Shown here: piece after piece, positions 1 to 9,798 of the stretch
How the letters are laid out: each line of letters begins with the position of its first letter
Numbering within the stretch: position 1 is the stretch's first letter
Notes under the pieces: model-generated
What the model was told of the DNA's origin: nothing
The model's database searches: none
What the model saw: the letters and a program-made list of their open reading frames with translations, nothing else
Origin: Catajapyx aquilonaris
Lineage: Eukaryota
Direction of reading: 5' to 3'
NCBI GenBank assembly: GCA_000934665.2
Contig: JYFJ02000983.1
Coordinates: forward strand, 1-64,000
DNA: 64,000 nt
Position numbers and translations under genes: made by a program

Positions 1-177
1 CGGCGGAAGTCCGACGTCTCTGCGACGCCGGGAAGTGCGAAATCTTTTTCATCCTATATCCTCCTCCTCGGCGTGGGGCTTTATATATATTAGATGAAAA
101 CCTGAAATGAGCACCATATGGCATATGCTAAGTTCTAGGGACAGGCGTGATTGACTCGAAATTATATTCCATTTATA

Positions 178-477
178 CAGGGTGTTTCAACTTTTTTTTC
201 CGAACAGTTATCGGAAAATTGCGCACCGGTGATATGTCGAAGGAATGGGGAATGGAGAAAAAGAGGGTCACGCATCCCATGGCATATGTGACCCTCATTT
301 TTCCAGGCTTGACCCTCAATTTTCAGCGGGCAGCACGTATGCCACTTCAACCTGCGATTCGCAGGGAATAATCCCCTTTCCTCCAAAAAATCACCGTTTG
401 CAAGTCACTGCTTACAAAGTGGCAGCTACGTGCAATTTTCCGATAACTGTTCGGACAAAAAAATTTGAAACACCCTG
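178..477. mobile_element. Tc1/mariner-type MITE (~300 bp)
   Basis: ~45-bp TIRs (CAGGGTGTTTCAA...CCGAACAGTTATCGGAAAATTGC) at both ends, with TA at 176-177 and 478-479. Confidence 0.85.
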
Positions 478-800
478 TATATTATAAAATGTAGTAAGCC
501 GAATAATGATGATGATAAGGGTCATACATACTCCCCCCCCCAAGTTAGTTGGGCGGTGAAAATTTGTTGCTGTAAATAGTGGGTCGCCCTTCAGAAAAGT
601 TTGGGAACTGCTGTGTTAGTCTATTCATTAGTTACTTAATTTACATATCATTACAATGCCAGGTATTCTGGATACTGTCCATAAACGTTTTCCACATTGT
701 CACACTAATGATTATGAGTATATACACTAAAGGCTGAACACATAATTTAAGCCATTGCTACAAGTGTATACAATATAGGCCACATGATTATTTTCTACAG

Positions 801-2540
801 AATTTCAAATCTGGCTACAACAAGAGGAGAAAAAGAACCGGGCGAAATTTGTACGGAGGAGAGGGCCAGAAGTATCAAAAAAAACAGGAGTGGTGACGTA
901 TCATTATCAGTGTCATCGTAGTGGACAATACCAGCCAAGAGGACAAGGTGTCCGTCAGTTAAAGAGCATTGGATCCTGCAAGCTGGGATACACCTGTCCT
1001 GCTGCAGTAACAGCCAAAAACATTGATGGAAAATATTTTGTGCAGTACTTCAGTGGGCATTATGGCCATGTGGACAATCGACTTGGACACCTAACCCTGA
1101 CCACTTCCGAACGTCAGGATATTGCAGGTTGGTATTATCAGAAATGAGTGTCATAGCTGTAGCTTATTTGTATCCCTGATCGCTAACACAAATTTAAATT
1201 TGTTAGGAAAATTGGCAGCAGGGGTACCAGATCGCCAAATAATATCGGAAATTCGCCACACAGTCAGTGGCAATCTCCAAAGAATCCATTTGATCAACAC
1301 GAAAGACCTGCACAACATCAGAGCAGAACATGGAATTCCCTTTTCAGGCAATAAGGTGCAAAACAACGATGCTATAGGTGTTTCTACCTGGCTGGAAGAC
1401 ATGAGATCTCGAGGATTAGACAATCCTGTCCTCTTCTACAATGGACACAGTGAACTGAGTGAGGGTCAAGAAGGTATCGGGAAATATGATTTTGTGTTAA
1501 TTGTTATGTATCCATGCCAAAGGAAAATGGTGGACAAGTGCGGACATGTCAGGGTGTGCATTGATTCGACACGTGGAGTCGCTGGCTATGACTTTGAACT
1601 GACCACCCTGATGCTAATAGATGAGCATGAGGAAGGGTTTCCTGCTGCTTTTTGTCTCAGTTCCAGAGTAAACACCACTGTTATGACGTTATTTTTTCAA
1701 CAGATTAAGGTTGTCAGTGGAAAGATACACGCAGAGGTATTTATGTCTGATGATGCAGCAATGTTTTTGAATGCTTGGGAGCAAGTAATGGGTGTCCCTA
1801 AGCGCATATTGCTTTGCTCCTGGCATGTAGATCGTACCTGGAAAAGAAAATTAACTTCCATAAGAAGCGAGCAGAAAAGAAATGAACTGTACCGATCTCT
1901 GAAGGTGTGTCAGATGACTTTGAATGAGGAAACATTTAATGTCATGTATGCAGAGCTATTGGAGGAATTGCGAAGTGATCCTGATGCTTCAGATTTCTGT
2001 GCATACTTTACTAAACACTACGACACTAGAAAAAAAAGTTGGGCTTATTGCTTCAGAAAGGGAGCTCGACGTAATACAAAAACGCACTTGCAGACTTACC
2101 ACCAGAAACTGAAGCACATGTACATGGAGGGTAAGAAGTGTCAGCGTGTGGATAAGTGCATGGCTTCGCTGGAAGAATTATTGCTCCTTGATAAGCAGTT
2201 TGATGCCAAAAGTAAATTGGAGATGAGGAAGTTAACTCAAAAAATTCCAGATGTAAGACAAAAACCCCATACTTTCCCAAGCACGATTGACATGACAATA
2301 GATGACACTTGTCAAGAAGTGAGAGAATTCCATGCAGATATTATGCAAAAGGGTGAAGTGTTGGGTGGGATGGGTACTGCTAGGGAGTCGGTCAAAAGAA
2401 AACTAGATGAAGTTTCCCAGGAGTTACTAGAAGCTATAAGGAATTCTCAAGTATCAGATGAGTCAGTGGCAAAAGGTGTCATTTATCATATGCAGGCAGC
2501 AATAAAATTGCTTAAAGTAAGAAGGACACCTTCATGTTAG
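801..2540 (+). CDS. MULE (Mutator-like) transposase-derived protein, 3' part (exons 801-1127, 1207-2540; start upstream or unresolved)
   Basis: Acceptor ttttctacag at 800. WRKY/GCM-like C-C-H-H domain (YQCHRSG...TCPA...GHYGH). GT-AG intron 1128-1206 keeps the frame. MULE core motifs CIDST, FMSDD and LLCSWH; NTKTHLQTYH has Q at the catalytic E position. Confidence 0.8.
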
Positions 2541-3429
2541 TTTGAGCAGCAGGGCAGTACAATTTAAATACACAATTCAATTTAATGTACTGTATTTACC
2601 TGTCTGCATCAATGCTGGAAGGGACCTCACTCACAGTACATTATTATTTTGTTATTACCAATAATGCAATAAATCCTGATCCCAGTACATTCATTTTGAA
2701 CCTTTAGTACCGTACTTTGTTTTACAGAGTGAGGGATAAGAACTGGGGGGAGTTTCAACCTCGTATATAATTATATTGTTTTGTTCAAGTAAGAAGGAAG
2801 GGAAATGGGGGAAATGCACAGTACTAGACTTACATATTTGAGTGCCATTTAGCCACATACACCAAGTATTAGAACAATGTTTTTATATATTCTCTTGGTG
2901 GAGTATTAAAAAGTGAAACTATTCCTAGGGACTTGAGGGAAGTTTTTTAAATAGGAGCTCCTACCACCTGTGAACATTGAGCATTCATAAATTATATGAT
3001 ACCAATCCTCTGATAGATTTAAATGATGTAAATAACATATTTCTGATGGATCCATTTTTACATAGCAGTTATGTTCCAGAGTATCAAATGAGCATTAGCA
3101 GGCTGGCATCCTACATACAGTTAGTGTGTAGTCAGTCTGTTCTGTCATGTAGAAGGTTGTAGAGTATCTGTTTATCCTGATTCGTTTTTGATTGTGTTAA
3201 GCAATTATAGTAGTTTTGAACTTCATTATCCATCATCATGCACCAGTGTACAGAATTTTTGTATCAACAATTGATCATCCTTTTAATATGGCACAGTTGC
3301 TTATTGGCTTTATTGCTTGGCCGTATTCACCGAGGCTATTGTCGAGTTGTTTAACCCGATTATACTTTCAAGAAGGACTATTTTTGGACATTAATTATGA
3401 TAACACTTGATTTGGTAATCTATCCGACT

Positions 3430-5195
3430 TCATAATAAGGAACTGTCTAAAGTAGCGTAAGGCACAGAGGATAATTTTAGCTTTCAGTGGTGGGCGCCCT
3501 GCTTCAAGCCGCAATAAATTTAAATACACACCAACAAAAGAGATTCGTCTCAGTAAAGAGAAAAAGGGCTGCAAGAAGGAACATCTGAAGAAACCAGGAT
3601 CTGACGTCGTCGTTTTGTTGACCGACTCCTAGTCAACGGATATCTGCCTCTGGCCAATTGTTGGCACATAATGTTGTTGTTGTGCGAGGGCATCTCCGTG
3701 GAAAACTGTAAAAGTGTGAGGTTCCAGGGGGGCATATTTCCGTTGACTGTAGGAGTTGGTAAACAAAAGGATACCGTCAATGGCAAGTTAGCGTGGCCTG
3801 CCTGTAATGGTCACCACCAGCTGCAGGTAACCCTTGAGGTAACCACTCGGGATACGGTATGAGGATCTGAGACTGTATCTGCGGGATTATGGAAGTGCGA
3901 GAGTATGCCGCCAATTCCCATGTGGCGCTGTGCCCTTCTGTGATTGGCCGGAATAGCACCGGATCAGCATTGCCAACATGTGCGATAATTATCGTTTTGA
4001 ACGATAAATCGATATTTTTTGACATCAGACAGACCATGGTTCAGTCCCAAACACGATAAATATCGGCTGGTTGGTACGATGAACCTCTCGCGAGGTTGGC
4101 AACTCTGCGCCGGATGGAAAAGAAAGAAACAAGCATGGCTGCCAGGCTGCAGCAGCGAGGCTAGCTTCTCCCCAGACGGTCTGGCTTCCTTCCTTCCTCC
4201 CCCGCAAGCCACGCCACTTCGGAGAAGATAAGGCGAGGCACGCCCTGGGTGCCACGCCCCTGGTTTGCCTGGTGTACTCGCCCGCCCAGATCGGGGACCG
4301 AGTCTGACCTGGCCATTGACAGGGCAGCCAGCCCCACAGGCGTCATCCGGTGGATGCGTCTCCTTGGGAGCCAGGAGGCTTGCGGTGTTTCTCAGGTATA
4401 CCACAGGGTGTGGAAGACTACCGTCGCTTTGGGAAGTTATGCAGGCGATCATCGGGGGTGTCCGCAGCGTAGTAGTTGTCCTTCAGACAAGGTAATCCTG
4501 TCACGTCCCTCCACGCAACCTTGCCTTTTCCATGTTATCGTGTAATTTCATTTTTTACGATCCCATTAAGTGTAGCAGGGAATGGCCTAGTCTATGGAAG
4601 TGTTGTGAGCTGTATCCGCGACATAGAAGAAGCTATTAAGCCGCATTGACGTGCAAGCGATTTGATCAGCAAAGTTGCCTATTACTAAGGTCGGCAACTC
4701 CCTCCCCCTATGCATGAGCTTAGCTGCGCACGGACTTGGCGCTGCCTTCCTCCACAGAGAACTACTTCGGGCCTTGGTTCGGGTGGCTGGCTCTGCGACT
4801 TTCCCTACTGGCTCAGCTGTATTGGCAAGAATGGTTCAGGTTCGTTCAGAAAAGCGTCCGCCCGATCGTGACCCGAACATGACGTCGAAGTTGTGCTCTG
4901 TGGAGCGGTGCCAGCGCCAAATAGAACATTCTACCGTGGGGGGAGCGCAGCTAAGCTCATGCCCTTCCCCGTATGGCTAGATAGGGAGTTGCGGAGGCTG
5001 GTTGCAGCGATGTCATCACCGAGCATTGAGACCAATTGTTTGGGGCGAAAATACATTGTTACCTCATTGTGACTTTCGCTCGGCAATGATATCACTACAA
5101 CATCACTGATCAAATCACGTGCATGTAAACAAGGCTTTATGCACTTATTTTATGCTAATTATCTCTGTAACTATGCTGAGGACTACTACGTCTTA
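3430..5195 (-). mobile_element. Probable highly deleted DIRS-like (tyrosine-recombinase retrotransposon) relic
   Basis: Broken minus-strand motifs in DIRS order: SDGSLPHPVVYLRN (RT-like), GDAS..WG and IVQNDN (RNase H-like), PPWNLTLL (YR-like). Weak inverted similarity between cagaggataattttagc (~3465) and gctaattatctctg (~5155). Boundaries are approximate. Confidence 0.4.
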
Positions 5196-5727
5196 CTTTT
5201 CTCCACAATTTTCCCCCCCAGACCACTATCATTTATTGTTCAATCACATGGGGACACCCGTGTTGCCTGTACTTAAAATTATCACATAGAACTCCTCCAT
5301 CATCTCCCAAAGCGACAGTATGATAAATTTCCTCGCCCTACAGTTCACTCAAGAAGTCCGTATGCAAACGAGTGGCCAAGTTCCTCCCACCCCATCTCCC
5401 CCATCTCTTTTCTCTTTGTGGTCATCACTTTTCACTTTTCTCTCCACAAATGGGCAAGAACTAGCCTGTCCTGGCACATTGTTTCCCCCACTAAATGCCA
5501 AAAATCCAATGTAAAAAAAAAAAAAGTGAGGACACTCTTCTATCCACGCCTTCTTTTTTATCCGGACTTCTTGAGTGAACTGTATATGGGGGTGGGGGAA
5601 TGAATACTAAGAGGATCAGTGTCATGTCCTATTTGCAGTGTGAAATTTGTGGTGTGTCATGCAATTTGTTTTTAGGTATCTGAGGTTTTTCATGTGTTAA
5701 AGAGAAGCTGCTAGAAATATTTGAAAG

Positions 5728-7933
5728 ATGACTACCAACATGGAGCGAGTTGGGAATCCTATTGGCATCCTACATGAGGTTGCAAAAGGTGCAGTGCATT
5801 TCACCATGTTTAACCCAGGTGGTGCACCGCATTCTCCCATCTTCACTGTACAAGCTGAGGTGAGTTTCTACACCACATAATTAGAAAACTGAAATTTCAT
5901 ACGCCCCATATTTTGGAAATGGATGGGGGGAAAAAAACAACTCCTCTTGACCATGTTACAGGTGGCTGGCAAGACATTCCAGGGAGTTAGAGGAAGTAAG
6001 AAGGAAGCAAAGCAAGCTGCTGCAGAGGCAGCTCTGCATTACTTAGTGGGCCAGAAGAGGGCCCATTCCCCAGACAACACAAGAAATCAGGCATCTATGG
6101 ATAACCCAGACTTGAATTCTAGCATGGCCGTGAACTTATATCTTCAAAGTGGTGGCAAGCACATAGGTGAACCATCACCTAAAACCATGTGTGTGAGGGC
6201 AGAACATGCTGTGGAATTTCTAGGTAAAACATTTGACTGGTGAAAGAGCATGCGATGAGGGATGAATATGAACATCCAAGTGTTGAATTCAAGTATGACA
6301 GGGATATAAATAATATTGAAAGGATCTAACGTATTGAAACGATTGAATGAAAATTGTCCATTTATAGGGGAACGCCCATCAAAATCTGCCGGTCAGCTAC
6401 GGCCTGTCCAACTGTTGAATGAGAGGTTTCCTGACCTAGAGTATGACTGGCATGAGATGGGCATGCCTCACAGCAAAACTTTTGAAGTTTGCATCACCAT
6501 CTCTGGAAGCACATATGTGGGAACTGGTAAGTGATGTGATTGTTTGAGTATATCATTTATGGATTTAGTACATGCCTGTCTTGGGATTTCATCATCATTG
6601 GTTTTCCTTGTATGGAGAGCGAACCAAGTGGTTTTCCTACTACGCTCCGATACATATTTCAGAATGCCAGGTGAATTTTTTGAGAACTTGGATCCCAAGC
6701 ATATTTAGTTTCGTTCTCAGAGATTTACTTCTATTTGAGAGTAGGGAACTGCATTGTATGTATGAGTGTTAATCTGACAAAAGGACGAACACATGGGACA
6801 AGTGGGTCATAGTTAGAATAGAAAATCAAAAGGCCATCCTATGTATTTGTATAGCAGTTTGCAGGTTTCTTTTGGCTCTCCTGTAAAATAATGTAAATGT
6901 TGAATTCGTCCTTTGTCAGATCAACGACGAATTCTATTTTTTGTGTTATTTGTAACTTTTATCGGCATGATCATAGCCGCATTAAAAGAGCAAAATAATG
7001 TCTCTTGAAGCAGTAATTTTTCTCTGTCAAAATTTTTATGAGCACAATGTACAGGTAGTCCCCTGTGTACGAACGACCTGACTTATGGCAATCTGTACTT
7101 ATGAACAGACTCCCAAGGCACCCCAGAAGGATAATTTATAATTTATTATACCTCCACTTTCAATCACTTCTGGATATGTTGACAGATACCAAGTTCAACA
7201 TAAATAGTGTAATTAATTGATAATTGGGAAACGTTTTTCGCGCATGTTAACAGACACACATGACGTAAACAGTTCGTTGGAGCAGAATTAAGCTGTATGT
7301 ATGCACTGTTTCTCAGGGAGTCGAGTTACATACAAATCCGACTTATGGACATTTTCAGGAACGTAACCCCGTTCGTAGACCAGGGACTGTAATGGTATTT
7401 GATATACTCTTCCATTCGGAGGAATTTATTTCAAATGAAAGTTATTTTCACCATCAAGCATGGAGGCTGATTTGTCCATTAAAATGCATCTAGGGTATTC
7501 TTCAGCATTACTGAAGCTGTAAGTTCTTTTCCTCAGCTAGTGATTTTTTACTTTTAGGTCAGAGCAAGAAACTAGCCAAAGACGATCTGGCTAAAGCTGT
7601 GCTTTCTAGCTTATATGATATGGAATTTTCCCACAACAGTTCACAGTTGGCTGTGATACCTAGTCCTCCACAGGAGTTGAAGTGTCAAGGCAAGAACCCT
7701 GTGGCATTGTTGAATCAATATTACCCAGGCCTTCAGTATGAAATAACTGAAGCAGGGGATCCTCATCAGAAGACATTCACAGTTCGAGTAACTGTTAAAA
7801 ATGAAACATTTGAAGGAACTGGTAAGTCTTCAAATAATAATTATATTAAAGTAGTACCCCTTTTATGCCTGATTTTATAGCCGACAAATAATCCAAAATG
7901 GCAGGTGAATTTTTTGAGAACTTGAATCTCAAA

Positions 7934-7969
<36 letters not shown>

Positions 7970-9707
7970 CCNCCCCCCCCCCAAGATTTACTCCTATTTG
8001 AGAGTAGGAACTGCATTGTATGTATGAGTAATTCTACATTTTGTGTTATTTAAAAAAGTTTTAACCTTTGTCTTAATGAACATAGCAGCATTAAAAGAGC
8101 AAATGGCTCTTGAAGCAGTAATTTTCCTCTGTCAAAATTTTTATGATTACAATGCGTATATTGGCAGATGATTTACTTCCCCATTCAGAGGAATTGATTT
8201 CAAATGAAAGTTATTTTCACCATCAAACATGGAGGCTGATTTGCCCATTAAAATGCATACGGTATTCTTCAGCATTACTGAAGCAAGCAGTTCTTTTTCT
8301 CAGCTAGTGATCTTTTTTTTTTTTAGGTCAGAGCAAGAAACGAGCCAAAGAAGAATTGGCTAAAGCTGTGCTATCTAGCTTATACGATATGGAATTTTCC
8401 CACAACAGTTCACAGTTGGCTGTGATACCTAGTCCTCAACAGGAGATGAAATGTGAAGCCAAGAACCCTGTGTCATTGTTGAATCAATATTACCCAGGCC
8501 TTAAATATGCAATCACTGAAGCAGGGGATCCTCATCAGAGGACATTCACAGCTCAAGTAACTCTTAAAGCGGAAACATTTGAAGGAGCTGGTAAGTGTTC
8601 GAATAATATATTAAAGTAGTACCCATTTTTATGCTACATGCTTTTTAATTTTGAAATGTTTCTGCCTTTTCATCCATTAGGTCCAAACAAAAAATTAGCC
8701 AAGGTAGCAGCAGCAAAAGCAGCATTGTCTAAATTGCATGATTTGAATTTCACTCAGGGTGAGCATGCAGCTGAAGGAATGGAATTCGAAGATAGCTTGC
8801 CAGCGGATCTGGTTATGCCACAAAGCTTGGCGGATCGAATTGCGAGGTGAAAGCATTCTTATGATGTGGAAATTGTGTGAAACTTTAATCTGTTAATGCC
8901 ATAATAATTGTTTATTGTGGTGGACTTTTTTCTACAAGTTTTTTGGACTGCATATGCCAGCAGTCAGTTCAAGTGAATGCCAACTGCAAAAATGGGCCAT
9001 GGGTTGTTTTCTATTTCCATATTGAAGCATATTGGCCACATGCATTTTCTGTATCATGGCTTGTATTCATTCTGTAAAATTGCCTGTCATTCTTTCTGAT
9101 GAATATTCTAAGATCATGTTGCTAACGTACTTATTTTTTCAGCTTGGTCAATGGCCACTTCCAAACCCTATCAGATAATCCAGATCATCTGCGTCGAAAA
9201 GTGCTGGCAGGGATAGTTATGACCAGAGATCGGGACATGGAGGATGCCACCCTTGTGACGGTGTCCACGGGGACAAAGTGTATTGATGGAGAGCATCTGA
9301 GTTGCTCTGGGAGTGCCCTAAATGATTGCCATGCTGAAATCATCTCCAGGAGGTGCCTCTGGGATTACCTCTATCAACAACTAGAACTTCTCACTGATCC
9401 TGGTAAGTATGAATTTGCCATAGGAAAAGCTCACTGTACAGGGAACATTAGTAATAATATTAGTTAAGAAAATCACAATTGCATGGGTTTGTGTTCTGCG
9501 TGAAGATTTGTTTTTATATTTGCAATAGTGGTGAAAAATAATCTTTAGATACATTGATGTTGAGCTGTCAGAGACCATCGGAAAAATTGTTACTTTGTGT
9601 CAGAAGATTGGCTTTTTCATCCTAAATAAAACTCAGATAACTCGAGTTACGTGACTTTAACAGGAGTTCGGCATGGATATGTACATTAATAGCAATTTGC
9701 ATGCTGG

Positions 9708-9798
<91 letters not shown>

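Larger units (their letters stand above)
6660..8635 (+). repeat. Tandem duplication of an intron+exon unit inside Adar (copies ~6660-7865 and ~7895-8635)
   Basis: Exons 7558-7821 and 8327-8590 are both 264 nt with 24 nt differences. Flanking intron blocks also align (e.g. caggtgaattttttgagaacttg at ~6668 and ~7902). Confidence 0.95.

Noticed and set aside
4265..4495. FLRYTTGCGRLP resembling a HECT-domain motif
   Set aside because: No other HECT motifs or splice context; the opposite strand is better explained as a retroelement remnant.
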